DNA from: an uncultured Planctomycetota bacterium
GTDB lineage: Bacteria > Planctomycetota > Planctomycetia > Isosphaerales > Isosphaeraceae
Reading direction: 5' to 3'
DNA: 64,000 nt
NCBI GenBank assembly: GCA_963823665.1
Contig: CAWGMQ010000010.1
Coordinates: 1,408,001 to 1,472,000 of the forward strand
Under the pieces are notes generated by a model, which was given only the letters and a program-made list of their open reading frames with translations, was not told the DNA's origin and searched no databases. Made by a program: the position numbers and the translations under genes. Position 1 is the first letter of the stretch. Every line of letters begins with the position of its first letter. Positions 1 to 11,815 of the stretch are shown here, one piece after another.

Positions 1-511
1 CTGGTTCGGCGGCACCAAGGGCGAGCTACGCGAGGCTCTGCCTGCCGGCGCCGTCACACAAGTCGACATCCCGCTCGCGCCGAAGGACTGGGACAAATCG
101 CTTGCGCGCTTCCTGGTCGCCCCCGACGGCCGTGAGCAGCCCTTGTTCGCCGCCGCCGGTGCGCCGAAGGTGACGGTCGGCCCGCTCGACCGTTGCGGAA
201 TCTGGAGCGTGATCGAGCGAGCGCCGGGAGCCGGGTCGCAAGCGAAACAAGCGAAGTCATCGGCATCCGGCTCGAAAGCCGAGGCTGCCGCACCGGTGTT
301 CGAGAGCAAGACGGCTACTCTCGCCGAGCTTGCCTGCAACCTGGCCGACCGTCGCGAGAGCGACCTTCGGCCCTGCGAGGGCCTTCCGGATCGGAATCCG
401 GGCCTGGCCGCTGGCTTCGCGGTGCGTCCGATCTGGTACTATCTCCTGGTCACGGCCCTCATGCTCACCTGCTGGGAATGGTTTCTCTATCAGCGGCGGT
501 GGATTGACTGA
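1..511 (+). CDS. 3' end of a membrane-anchored protein of a vWA/BatA-type operon (partial)
   Basis: ORF ends ...ACNLADRRESDLRP...IWYYLLVTALMLTCWEWFLYQRRWID; its TGA overlaps the next ATG (TGATG at 509-513). Confidence 0.7.
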   Translation, partial: WFGGTKGELREALPAGAVTQVDIPLAPKDWDKSLARFLVAPDGREQPLFAAAGAPKVTVGPLDRCGIWSVIERAPGAGSQAKQAKSSASGSKAEAAAPVFESKTATLAELACNLADRRESDLRPCEGLPDRNPGLAAGFAVRPIWYYLLVTALMLTCWEWFLYQRRWID

Positions 512-3184
512 TGGGTAGCGTACCCCCGACAACGTTGATGGGCATCGAGCTTGGCCGCCCCTGGTGGCTGCTGGGGCTTTTCGCGCTCCCCGTCCTGTTC
601 TATTTCTTCCGCCGCAGCCTTGTCGATTTTGCACGCCCGCAGAGGATCGCCTCGCTCGCGCTCCGCGCCTTGATCGTGGTGCTCCTGGTGCTCGCACTCG
701 CCGGGCTCTCCCTCGTCCGCCCGACCCGCGAGCTCTTCGTCGTCTTCGCCGTCGACCGCAGCGAGAGCGTCGGTAAAGAAGGGATGGAAGCCGTCGACAA
801 ATACTTGAGCGCGGCCTTCTCCTCGGCTGGGAGCAACAAATACGCGATGCTGCCATTTGCGGCGGAGCCCGGAACTGTCGTTCCCGGCCCGGTCGCGCGG
901 GAAGAACTCGAGAAGCGTGCTGCATCGAGCCCCGCGAAAGACGCTGGGCGGGGCGCAGACCTCGCCCGTTCTTGCCGACGCCTCGTCCCTCGACCGCAAG
1001 GGCACCGATCTCGCCGCTGCGCTCGAGGTCGCCGCCGCGGCGATTCCACCGTTCTACGTGCCGCGGATCGTGCTCTGTTCCGACGGCAATCCCACCGGCG
1101 GCGAGGCCCTGCAGGCCGCCGCATCGCTGCGCGGCAAGGTCGAGATCCTCACCGTCCCTCTGCCGGGCAGGACCGAGCCCGAGGTTCAGCTCTCGTCGGT
1201 GTTGGCTCCGGCCCAGGTCTTGCAGGGCGAACCGTTCAACGTGGAAGTGGTCATCGACGCCAACCACGACGACGAGAAGGGCCGAGTCGAGGTCTTTCGC
1301 GGCGACATCAAGGTTGCCGAGCAGCCCGTCAAGCTCAAGAAGGGTGAGAACAAGCTGACGCTCAAGCAAACGATCGACGCCGGCGGCTTGACGCCGGTGA
1401 CCGCGCGGCTCAAGGGTTACGAAGACACACTGCTCGACAACAACAGCGACTTCGCCCTGGTCTCGGCCGCGGGCAAGCCGCGCGTGCTGCTGCTCGAGAG
1501 CGATCCCGACCAGGCCAAGCACCTGACGTGGGCGCTCGAAGAGCAGAACATGCAAGTCGACGTGCGGCCCCCGCGCGGAGCCCCCGAAAGCCTGGCCGAG
1601 CTGCAAAACTATGATCTCTTCATCCTCTCAAACGTCCCCGCCACGGCACTCACGCTCAAGCAGATGGAGGTGGCCCGCACCTACGTGCAAGACTTGGGCG
1701 GTGGGCTGATGATGCTGGGCGGCGACCAGTCATTTGGCCTGGGCGGCTATTACAAGACGAGCCTGGAAGAGATCTTGCCGGTCCGTAGTGACTTCGAAAA
1801 GGAGAAGGAGAAGCCCAGCCTGGCGCTCATGCTGGTGATCGACAAGTCCGGCTCGATGGGGGGCGAGAAGATCGAGATGGCCAAGGAAGCAGCCCGCGCG
1901 GCCGTCGAGCTTCTGGGCCCCAGCGACAAGGTCGGCGTGCTGGCTTTCGAGGGAGAGAATTTCTGGATCAGCGAGATGCACTCCGCGACGGACAAGGGCT
2001 TCGTGCTCGACCGGATCGCCAGCCTGGAGGCCGGCGGTGGAACCGTCATGGCCCCGGCGATGGAAGAAGCTCATGAGACGTTGCGGTCGACCGTCGCCAA
2101 GCTCAAGCACGTGATCATCCTGACCGACGGCGTGTCGTCCCCCGGCGACTTCGAGGGAATCGCCCAGGCCATGACCGCCGACCGGATCACCTGCTCGACC
2201 GTGGCGATGGGGGGCGACGCCGACCAGTCGCTGCTCGAGGAGATCGCGCGGCTGGGCAACGGCCGGTCGTACGTCGCCGATGACCCCGGCCAGGTGCCCC
2301 AGATCTTCGCCAAGGAGACCGTCACCGCCAGCAAGTCGGCGATCAACGAGCAGCCGTTTCCGCCCACGGTCGTGCGTTCAACCCAGGTTCTCTCCGAGCT
2401 GCGGATGGACGAAGCCCCGTTCTTGCTGGGCTACGTCGTCACCCGAGCGAAGCCCACCGCCGAGGTGATTCTCGCCACCGAATCGGGCGACCCGCTCCTG
2501 GCCTGGTGGCGCTACGGTCTGGGCATCACGGTCGCATTCACCTCCGACGCCAAGGCACGCTGGGCCGCGGAATGGATCTCCTGGCCCCAGTTCAGCCAGT
2601 TCTGGGCGCAGGTTGCCCGCCACGCCCTGCGCAAGGCCGAGGCGAAGGGAACGTTTGTCCAGATCGAGCGACGGGGGCGAAAGGCGGTGGTGTCGCTCGA
2701 CGCGATCGAGCCTTCCGGGCGGTTCCTCAATCAGGTGTCGACCGATCTGACAATGGTCGATCCCGGGCTCGCGACCAAAAAGGTCGAGATGGGACAGGTC
2801 GCGCCGGGGCGTTACCAGGCCGAATTCGACGTGACCCGGGCCGGTTCGTACCAGTTGATGTTCAGCCAGACCAAGGACACGCAGGTACTGGGCCGCCAGT
2901 CGCGAGGGCTCGCCGTCGGGTATCCCGACGAGCTTCGCCTGCGGGCGGTGAATAACGAGTTGTTGCGATCGATCGCGGCCGCGGCGGGCGGCCGGTTTGA
3001 GCCCAAAGCCGCCTCGGTCTTCGATCGGCCGGAGGCAACTGCTCCGCGGGCCGAGCCGTTATGGCCGCTCCTGGTGGCCGCGGCTGTGCTATTCTTTGTT
3101 CTGGACGTCGCCCTGCGGCGGATCGACCTGGCATTATTATTTGTAAGACGGCGGCGGGTCGCACTTTCCACGCGGAGCGCTTGA
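511..3184 (+). CDS. vWA domain protein: BatA-like N-terminal TM region, glutamine-amidotransferase-like domain, vWA domain (frameshift at ~900-960)
   Basis: N-term PWWLLGL..; VFAVDRSES and LVIDKSGSMGG MIDAS motifs; IILTDG; GGGLMMLGGDQSFGLGGY; C-terminal TM; joins ORFs 511..1347 and 857..3184. Confidence 0.85.
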
Positions 3185-3270
3185 TCGTACAATCGTCGAA
3201 TTGAAAAGATCCCGCGTTGTTTCTCAGACGCGACTTTCGGTCCCTCGGTGCAATAAAGGGAGCGGTTGCC

Positions 3271-4767
3271 ATGAGTGAGCGGATCCTCGAATCGCTGGAG
3301 CCGGTGCGACGGCGGCAACTCTGGCTGGAGATCTTCCGCTGCAGCGCGATCGGCCTTCTGGCCGGCTCGCTTGGGGGCGTGGTCATGGCTCTGCTTCGCT
3401 GGCAGGGCTTCGGCGCAACGCCCACGGCACTCGGCGCGGCTTGCCTGGCAGGAGGGCCGTTGATCGGAGCACTCTTTGGGGTCCTGCGCGGTCGCTCGAT
3501 CCAGCTTAGCGCAGCCGCGGTTGACCGTTGCTACGGTCTCAAGGACCGCGCGACGACCGCGATCGAATTTCTCCGCCGCGGCCGGCCGACGCCGGTGCAT
3601 GTCCTGCAAGTGGCCGATGCCGAGCGGCACCTGGCCGGCATCGACGCTCGCAAGGTCGCGCCCTATCGCATTCCCAGGGTGATGCCATATTCCCTGGCCG
3701 CGGCCGCCCTCGCGCTAGGGCTCTTGCTTTGGCCGCAATCAGCGCGCGTTCACGCGAAGCCGTCCGAGCCGCTCGAGGCCGTGCTCCAGGCCGCCATCGA
3801 AGCCGAAGAGAGCCTTGAAGATCTCGCGGACACCGCAAAGAAGGAAAACGACCCCAAGCTCAAGGACCTCGTTCAGAAGCTGAATGAGACCATCCAGGAA
3901 ATGAAGCAGCCGGGCGTGGATACCAAGGAAGCCCTGGCCAAGCTCTCCGAAATGCAAGCCGCTATCACCGCCCAGCAGGCCCAGTTCAACGTCGGGCTGG
4001 TCGACGCCCAGATGCAGGCCCTGGGTGAAGCCATGGCATCGACCCAGGCGCTCGAAGGCGCAGGGCAGGCGCTCGAGCAAGGCAAGTACGATCAAGCCGC
4101 CGCGCAGCTCGAGAAGGCCGAGCCCAAGTTCGACCGCAAGGAAGCCAAGACCTTGAAGGAGAAGCTCGCCAAGGCGGCCAAGGCAATGGAAGATGCGGGA
4201 CTTTCCGACCTGAGCACGGCCACCACCGAGCTTTCCGAGGCGATGGAAGACGCCGATGCCGCCGCGGGCGCGTGCAAGAAGCTCGGCAACCTGGCCCGCA
4301 GCCAGGGCCAGCGCAAGAAGATCAGCGACTTGCTTGCCCTTCAGTGCCGCAACCTCGGTGAGTGCAAGGGCAACTGCCAGAAGAAAAGCACGGCCAAGCT
4401 GCGGCTCCGGACTAAATCCGACAAACCCAAGAGCACTTGGGGCATGGCCACCAGCGGCAACACCGACGGCGAGATGACCAAGCTGGACTCGGCCCGGCAG
4501 AAGGAGCAATTAAAGGTCGAGATGGGCGAAGGCGCATCCGAAACCGAAACCACCCACATGCCCGAAGGCAAGCAGGCCGCCGCGCGGGCCTATCGCGAGC
4601 AGTACCAGAAGTACCGCCGCATGACCGAGGCCGCGCTCGACACCGAGCCGATCCCCCTGGGCCACCGCCAGACCATCCGCCGCTATTTCGAGCTAATCCG
4701 TCCCCAGGGTGAGGAAGCCGACAACGCCGCCACCCCCGCCGCGGGAGCAGAGAAGCCAAAGCAGTGA
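3271..4767 (+). CDS. Membrane-anchored coiled-coil protein typical of vWA/MoxR operons
   Basis: N-terminal TM helices, long Ala/Glu/Lys-rich helical region, C-terminal EPIPLGHRQTIRRYF motif; RBS GGGAG upstream. Confidence 0.75.
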   Translation: MSERILESLEPVRRRQLWLEIFRCSAIGLLAGSLGGVVMALLRWQGFGATPTALGAACLAGGPLIGALFGVLRGRSIQLSAAAVDRCYGLKDRATTAIEFLRRGRPTPVHVLQVADAERHLAGIDARKVAPYRIPRVMPYSLAAAALALGLLLWPQSARVHAKPSEPLEAVLQAAIEAEESLEDLADTAKKENDPKLKDLVQKLNETIQEMKQPGVDTKEALAKLSEMQAAITAQQAQFNVGLVDAQMQALGEAMASTQALEGAGQALEQGKYDQAAAQLEKAEPKFDRKEAKTLKEKLAKAAKAMEDAGLSDLSTATTELSEAMEDADAAAGACKKLGNLARSQGQRKKISDLLALQCRNLGECKGNCQKKSTAKLRLRTKSDKPKSTWGMATSGNTDGEMTKLDSARQKEQLKVEMGEGASETETTHMPEGKQAAARAYREQYQKYRRMTEAALDTEPIPLGHRQTIRRYFELIRPQGEEADNAATPAAGAEKPKQ

Positions 4768-4777
4768 TCGGATGGAT

Positions 4778-4967
4778 TGTCACCCTTCGCTTCGCGAAGG
4801 GGCACACACACCAACCCGAAGCGCCAGCGAGGTGCCTCGATCGTCGGCCCCCGCGCACCTCGTAGACGTCGGGCCACGGCGTACAAAAGGCACACACACT
4901 AACCCGAAGCGTCAGCGAGGCGCTCGAGCGTCGGCCTCCCGCGCACCTCGCAGACGTGTCCGGCCAT
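4778..4967. repeat. REP-like hairpin plus two ~88-bp direct repeats (CACACAC-AACCCGAAGCG(C/T)CAGCGAGG...) between convergent genes
   Basis: Units start at 4801 and 4889; hairpin CCCTTCGC-TTC-GCGAAGGG just upstream. Confidence 0.8.
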
Positions 4968-4982
4968 GAGACACAGACGCGT

Positions 4983-6874
4983 TCAGTTCCGTATGGCCCG
5001 CCGACCAGCCGGAGCGCTGTGCGAGTCTTCTTCATCGCCAACGCACCCAGCCCCCGCCGGCACGCCCAGATTCGGCAGCCCGAGCGCCTCGGGCGCCGCG
5101 CCATCCGCAAGCCGCTTGATCGCTATGCCAAAGCCTGTCACCTTCGCCTCCCGCTCGCTGCGGTCATGCCGCAAGAGCGCGGTTCCCGATCCGAACATGT
5201 AGCCTCGCTCCGCGACGAGTCTCCATTCCTGCGCGCCCAATCCAAAGTGAGCTGCGCAGGCCGCGATGTCGATTCGGGGAGTTGGTGCCCGATTCGCCCA
5301 GCCCAGAGCCCCGCGCTCGCGGATCGCATCGAGGATCCCCTGTGCGAGCGTGACCTGTCCCAGGAGCGACGGATGCATTGCGTCCATGAAGAGCCGATCG
5401 TCGAGCAGGCCCGTTGCCCCGATTGCATGGAACAGCGCCTGGCCGTCCACGAGTGGGCAACCATGCCGCGCGGCGACCTCGCGACAGGCCTCCTGGAACG
5501 GCGACAGACAGCGCATCGGCATCCCGTCGAAGTCCCGCGCCTTGACAAAGTGCTCATAGGCCTCGTCCCACGCACCTGCGTTTGCCAGCAGACGTGCCAG
5601 GCGATAATGCGTCTCGGCGAAACCCGGTTGCGACTGAAGCAGCGACCGATATCGCTGCTCGGCACTCGCCGGGTCGGTCACCTCCAGTTGCGCGCAGCCA
5701 GGAATTCACGAGCGAACGCTTCGCGTTTGGCGCTCGTGGTCTCGGCCGGCAGATAAGAACGATTGGGGTCGAATCCCGCGTCATTGGCGGGAGGAACGAC
5801 CAGGATCGCGAGCGCTCCGACGCGCTGGCAGAAGCCGGCGATCGCATCCAGACGAAACCGGAAATCATCCAGACGCACAGCAAACTCCGCGGGCGTGAAC
5901 GCCGGAGTGTCGACCAATGGAGGGCGCATGCCTTGGGGCGGCACCACCCCGACGCGGAACCGATCAGCCGTGTCGCGGATCAAGCTGCATACCGGCGAGA
6001 CCGTTGCTGCAAGATCGTCGAGCCTCTGCAGCGGCGGTGCTTTCTCGTCGACATAGTAGTCTAGCTTCCGCGACCAGGGAATCCTCGATGCGAACTCGTT
6101 GTGGCCGGAGTACACGATGAGGGCATCCGGCCGTCGCTTGAGAGCACCCAGCTTTCGATACTGCTCCTCGAGCGTGGCCCCCGGCTCGGCGAGCATCTCG
6201 ACATGGACGCTCTGGCCGAGAACGGCTTCTTCGAGCTGCCAGGCGACGATCTTCCCCACCGAAAGCCATCGGTCAAACGGCAAGCCAGTTGCACTCGACC
6301 CGCCGAGCACGGCCAGAGTCACGCCGGGCTCGCGTGAGGTTTCCCAGACTCGCCCGTCGCCAAGCAGGGGGTCTTCGGTCAAGCGGCGCTCGCGCAACGG
6401 ATCGGCAAACCGATCAGCAATCTCTGCCTCGGCATGGGCCGGTGCAATTGCAAGCTCGGTCCTGGCACGCCCGAGCCCCACAACCAGCTCGGCCAGTCCG
6501 ATCGCAACCAACGAGGAGACGCAAACCGACAATCCGCGTACGGCCGTGTGTCCCATTGTCGCCTTTCGCTCCGCGAAAGTGCGTCCCAAAAATCCGCGCA
6601 CGGCTGCCTTTGACTCGGTCCCGCTCCGCCGTGCCCGCCACAACATTGAGCTGAAAATCACCGCGCCCGCCGGGAGCGCAGCCAGAGCCGCAACGTAGAC
6701 GACTTCAAGCCCGATCAGAAACCCGAGCGTCGCCTTTCGCCGGATCATGGGGGTGATAATGAACCCGAGCCAGGGCAGCGCGACCAACACCGCCGCAACG
6801 GCAGCACTCAAGGCGAAAGCCGTCAGGATCACGCGCAGAATCCGGTGACCCGCGGATCGATCGAACATGCCCAT
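4983..6874 (-). CDS. Membrane-anchored SGNH-hydrolase-like/TPR protein, paralog 1 (frameshift at ~5680)
   Basis: TM N-terminus; VLGGSSA, YSGHNEF and FMDAMHPS motifs; TPR-like AETHYRLARLL segment; joins ORFs 5678..6946 and 4983..5681. Confidence 0.75.
6558..6587. repeat. 30-bp palindromic REP-like element inside a CDS
   Basis: GTCGCCTTTCGCTCCGCGAAAGTGCGTCCC is the exact reverse complement of 35696-35725. Confidence 0.85.
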
Positions 6875-7162
6875 CGCATGGAATCTCCCCGATCTGATTT
6901 CACAAACTGCTATTGTCGAACGTCTTGCTCTTTGCGCCAACGTCAAGCCACTCTCGCCCGCTGGGGATAAAAATCTCGGAAAGATCGAAACGCCGCGATG
7001 AATCTGCGAGCGTTTTACTTATATAAATAATGGAACGTATCCCGCTCCCGAGCGGTTCGTGCATGGTCCAAGACCATGCGACGCGCATGCGTGTTTGGAT
7101 CGGGTGCGGTCCAAGTTAACCAATCAACAAAGATAGTGAAATTTTCTAACGCGAGGAACTCG

Positions 7163-7915
7163 ATGATGCGGTTTCCGATGTGGCGGCAAGCGAAGCGAGT
7201 TTTGTTCGCGATGGCGGCGACCTATCTCACGATCGGGGTGGCGGCTCGCGTACGGGCGGACGTTGTTTACAGCGATAACTTCAGCAACGGCATCACGTTC
7301 ACGGTCAACGACCCGTACTGGCTCGACAACAACAGAGCGAATGGATTCGTCACCCAGACCACGAACACTTCCGCCATCTGGCCGGGGTCTCCTGGCGAAT
7401 TTGGCAATGATATTCCGCAGGGTGTAAGCCCAGGAGGGTATTTCCTATTCGAGGGAACGTATAATTACAGCGGCAGCAGTGTGAACATACCGGCGGGCCA
7501 CGACGAGTTCTTCATCAGCCCGACGTTTGATGTCAATCCGAACACCATTTACAGCGTCAGCTTCTACGCGACCAACGCAGACGCAATCAACATCGCTTCG
7601 ATCCAACCCGAGCTCGGCGGCTCGCTCCTGGGTTCTCCGATCAGCCCTCCGGGAGACTACCAGAACGGCAACGTTTGGCAGCAATACACGTTCACCTGGA
7701 ACTCGGGCAGCAACACGAGTGCCTCATTGATCCTTCACGATTACCAGCAGTCGCCGGACGGCAATGACTTCGGCATCGCCAACATCCAGGTTGCGTCGGT
7801 TCCGGAGCCGTCGTCGATAATCTTGCTCTGCGTCGGGGCCGCTGGCCTGGCAGGGTTTACGAACTCGAGGCGAAGCACTGCCCGACACTGCTCTGAGGCC
7901 GTGGAGCACCGGTAA
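7163..7915 (+). CDS. PEP-CTERM sorting domain protein
   Basis: Signal peptide ending ARVRA-D; C-terminal VPEPSS + TM + RR. Confidence 0.9.
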   Translation: MMRFPMWRQAKRVLFAMAATYLTIGVAARVRADVVYSDNFSNGITFTVNDPYWLDNNRANGFVTQTTNTSAIWPGSPGEFGNDIPQGVSPGGYFLFEGTYNYSGSSVNIPAGHDEFFISPTFDVNPNTIYSVSFYATNADAINIASIQPELGGSLLGSPISPPGDYQNGNVWQQYTFTWNSGSNTSASLILHDYQQSPDGNDFGIANIQVASVPEPSSIILLCVGAAGLAGFTNSRRSTARHCSEAVEHR

Positions 7916-8452
7916 GGGCTGCCCTGGCGGAACCGCCTGCCACGAGCCGCTCGACGGCTGCGAGCCGTCCGGGCTGTTCCACGCGGTCCGGCTCGGGCAG
8001 AGCCGGACCGCAAACAGTCGATAATCGCCTCGCATGATCCAGTACGGCGACTGCGTCGGGCGCATGCTCTGTGGCGCCGGCCAGTTCGCCCAGCACTCGC
8101 ATCGGTCGCGACGGAATAGCAACATCGGTTTTTCCATCTGCAGGATTCCGAATTCGACGTCCTGGAGCATCGTGCGCGCCGGCCCGATCTCGAAGGGAGG
8201 GAGGCTTCCTGCAGGCTTTCCGTGAAGCGACTTGCGGGCGATGATGCCACCAAAACCGGTGTGCCGGCCATGACAAACTGGGCAGACTTGCCAGGCGAGC
8301 ACATGAAAGGGGCTCCCGATGGATGCCCGCCAGCCTGATCCGCGACGCGCTGCGCGATAAAGCACGCTCGCTTGACCGGGCTATCTCCGCCTGCTCAGAT
8401 GGTTCTTGAATCCGGCCAGAACCGGGAACGAGCCAAAAACCAGTTGGACGCA

Positions 8453-8835
8453 ATGGAGCCGATGCCCGGTCAGTCGAACCGCAGGTTCCTCATTTCCGAC
8501 GGCATGATTCTCATCGCGGCGACCGCCGTCGGCATCGCGCTCACCAGGGCCATTTTGCCGGAAATCGACAAACTGTCGCGACGTGCGTCATGACGCTCGA
8601 GACGATTCTGCAAATCGCCCTACGGGCGCTGGGATCTCGAGCCATGCCTTTTCAGTTCACTTTCATGGAATACGCCGGGCCCGTGAGCTTCGCCATACTG
8701 GGCGGTTGGCTCTTGATAGCTTTGATCGGGCGATGGCGGCCCGAGCCGAGCTGGATTGACCGCGCGGGGAGACTCGCGGCTGCAACCTGGCTTATCATCA
8801 CGGCAATCGAATGGTCCAGTTATTTCTTGATCTGA
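8453..8835 (+). pseudogene. Small membrane protein, split or internally deleted
   Basis: RRFLISDGMILIAATAVG leader in one frame, GRWRPEPSWIDRAGR C-terminus in another. Confidence 0.5.
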
Positions 8836-8935
8836 AGCCACGTCAGTGGTCCTCGGGCTCGCGTCGCTCGTGGCAGCCGTCACCGCGCTCTTGATCCTGA
8901 TCGAGTGTCCCCGCCCCCGTTTCTTCGCGTCTCAT

Positions 8936-10671
8936 TCATTCTGCGCCAGCGCTTGCCACGCCCAGATTTGGCAATCCGACGGACTCAGGCGCTGCGCCGT
9001 CAGCGAGGCGCTTGATGGCTTCGCGAAGAGCAGCCACCTTGGCCTCTCGCTCGCTCCGATCGTATCGGAACAGGGCAGTGCCCCACTGGAACATGGCGCC
9101 TCGCTCGGCGACGAGCCTCCATTCACTCGCACCCAATCCAAAGTGGGCAGCGCATCGCGCCACATCGATTGTGGGCACCGGTGCGTTTTTCGGCCAGCCC
9201 AGGGCCCCGCGCTCGCGGATTGCATCGAGGATTCCCTGTGCGAGCGCGACCTGTCCGGCGAGTGAGGGGTGCATCGCGTCCATGAATAGCTGATCGTCGA
9301 GCAGGCCATGTGCTCCGATCGCGTGGAACAGCGCCTGACCATCGACGAGCGGGCGACCATGTCGCGCGGCCACCTCGCGATAGACGTCCTGGAACGATGA
9401 CAGGCATCGTATCGGCATACCGTCGCAGTCCCTCGCCCGGACAAAGTGCTCATAAGCCTCGTCCCAGACACCGGCATTTTCGAGCAGGCGGCCCAGGCGA
9501 TAATGGGTCTCGGCGAAGCCCGGTTGAGCTTGCAGCAGCGAGCGATAGCGCTCCTCGGCCCGCACCGGATCGCTTGCTTCAAGCCCGCGCGCTTCGAGGA
9601 ACTCGCGACCGAATGCCTCGCGAGCCTCGCGTGTTGTCTCCGCGGGCAGGAACGAGCGATTGGGGTCGAATCCAGCGTCATTGGCGGGAGGAACGACCAG
9701 GATCGCGAGCGCGCCGATGCGCTGGCAATGCCCGACGATCGCATCGAGGTGCTGCCGAAACTCGGCCAGTCGCAACGCGTATTCCGCGTCGGTGTATGCG
9801 GGCGCGTCAACCAGCGGAGGCCGCAGACCCTCGGGCGGCAATAATGCGGCGCGGAACCTGTCAGCCGATTGCCGGATCAAGCGGCAAAGCGGCGAAACAC
9901 GTGCGAGAGAATCGTCGATCCTTTCGACCAATGACGGTTTCTCATCCACATAGTAGGCGAGCCTTCGCGACGAGGGGATGGTGGCTGCAAACTCGTTGTG
10001 GCCGCAATACACGACGAGCGCATCGATGCCGTGCCGGATGGTGGCCAGCTTTTGATACTGGCGCTCGAGTGTGGCTCCGGGCTCTGCGAGCGTCAGAACG
10101 TCAATCGTTCGGCCTGGGGTCGCTTGTTCGATCTGCCAGGCGACGATCTTGCCGACGGAGAGCCAGCGTTCGAAGGGAATTCCGGCCGCACTCGACTCGC
10201 CCAGCACCGCGATCGTGACCCCGCTCTCACCTGACAGTTCGGTCACCCCGCGCCGGGGGGACAGTTCGGACGGCGGCGGTAATGCCGCCATGTGAGCAGG
10301 TTCACTGGCAGCCGTGGTCCCAGTTTGACCCAGCCCGACCACCAGCTCGGCCAGTCCGAAGGTGATCGAGGAAGAGACGCACAGCAACAATCCGCGCGCG
10401 GGTGGCCGCCAGTTGCGCGAGTGCGGTGTGCCAGCCAGAGCAGCACGCCGCAGATCGCCGCTCCGCAGCAGAGTGCCACGCTGGCCCCAACGTAGGTGAC
10501 CTCGAGCGCGATCAGAACGGCGAGAGCTGCGTTTCGCAGCATCCGCGGGGTGATGAGCGCGTCGAACCAGGGCAGCGCCAACAACACCGCGGCGACGACC
10601 GCGCCCAGCGCGAGCGACACCAGGATCAGTCTCCGGAACCGATGAAGCCGCGATCTACGGAACATCGCCAT
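8936..10671 (-). CDS. Membrane-anchored SGNH-hydrolase-like/TPR protein, paralog 2 (frameshift at ~10400)
   Basis: Highly similar to 4983..6874 (VLGESSA, YCGHNEF, PPANDAGFDPNRS, FMDAMHPS). Confidence 0.75.
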
Positions 10672-10974
10672 CTCTCTGAATCCTCGCGCGAGGTCGATCT
10701 CGCCGATTCACATTGTCGAGCGATTTTTTCCCTGCGCCAACGGAGAGCCAACCGTCGGACCCTGAGCCATCGGACTTCCGTTCCCCAGAACCGGCCTTTC
10801 CGGGCGGCCTCGCTTGCCGTTCGCGGAGACTTTTCGATGCCTGGCGTGCCTGGAATGATCGGTTCGAGTAAGCTGAACCCGGTGTTGTTTCGCGCATCGA
10901 GCCGATTGCTCGGGGTTGACTTCCGAATAAACTCAAGAAGTAACCGGCTCGTTCACGCGACGTGGGGCACCAAG

Positions 10975-11349
10975 ATGGTCACACTTGTCTTGAGCCTTGG
11001 CGGACTTTGGATTCCGCCGATGCTCTTCTTCGGTTGGTTGGTGCACAAGCCGGTGGATCTCGCCTGGCGAGACTATTTCGCCTCCGCAAGCCCGCGACTG
11101 CGGCGGCGCGGCATGCGGCTCAACGTGCTGATGATTCTCGTGCTCGTCTTCTCCATCGACACTGCCTTTACGATGGCCATGTTTCCGAGGGAATTCGCCT
11201 TCGTCTGCGTCGTGGCCGATGTGGTGGTCCTCGGGACGACAATGTTATCGTCCACCGTCCTCAAGCTATCAGTCGGCCAGTGCGTCGCACTGGTCGTGGC
11301 CCTCTCGTTCGTCGCCATGATGACGATCTGGAATCTGCTCCATGATTAA
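10975..11349 (+). CDS. Hypothetical membrane protein (about 4 TM)
   Basis: Hydrophobic ORF with consistent codon usage. Confidence 0.55.
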   Translation: MVTLVLSLGGLWIPPMLFFGWLVHKPVDLAWRDYFASASPRLRRRGMRLNVLMILVLVFSIDTAFTMAMFPREFAFVCVVADVVVLGTTMLSSTVLKLSVGQCVALVVALSFVAMMTIWNLLHD

Positions 11350-11407
11350 GCCATCTGAAGTGGAATCGTGGCCAGCATGCGGACGAAGGTGTTGTGAGAC
11401 GGAGATC

Positions 11408-11815
11408 CTACTGCCCCAAAAGCTCGAGCGTCCGTTTCACAAACGCCGAAGAGGCCTCGACTGCTTCCGCCGGCGACAATTTGAGCCGCTGTGCCAGCTC
11501 GAACTTCCGCAGGAAGTCGCCGTCGAGCTGGCCGGTGCGAACATAAAGCCCGTCGCACGCCAGCATCAGACAGCGTAGGCCGAATTCGCGGTAACCCTTG
11601 GCGTAGACCAGGGCCCTCAAGCAACTGAACATCGCCTCGTAGCTCAGGAAGACGACGTCAGCCGGATCGCCCTGGCCGGACGTGTGGATATTCGCGGCCG
11701 CCTCGAGCCGGTCACCCGCCTTGGCGAGCAGGTCGACAATTCGAGTCGGCGCTTCCTTGTCCTCGAAGAGGTATGGGCTTTCCAGGCACTTTTGAAACGT
11801 GTTGATGATCGCCAT
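11408..11815 (-). CDS. HEPN-like domain protein
   Basis: 135 aa helical; LAKAGDRLEAA...SYEAMFSCLRALVYAKGYRE resembles the HEPN N-terminal helices. Confidence 0.6.
   Translation of the reverse strand: MAIINTFQKCLESPYLFEDKEAPTRIVDLLAKAGDRLEAAANIHTSGQGDPADVVFLSYEAMFSCLRALVYAKGYREFGLRCLMLACDGLYVRTGQLDGDFLRKFELAQRLKLSPAEAVEASSAFVKRTLELLGQ

Noticed and set aside
7920..8370. Possible minus-strand gene between the PEP-CTERM gene and the small membrane gene
   Set aside because: It has no recognisable motif or clear start and overlaps the PEP-CTERM end, so a call cannot be supported.
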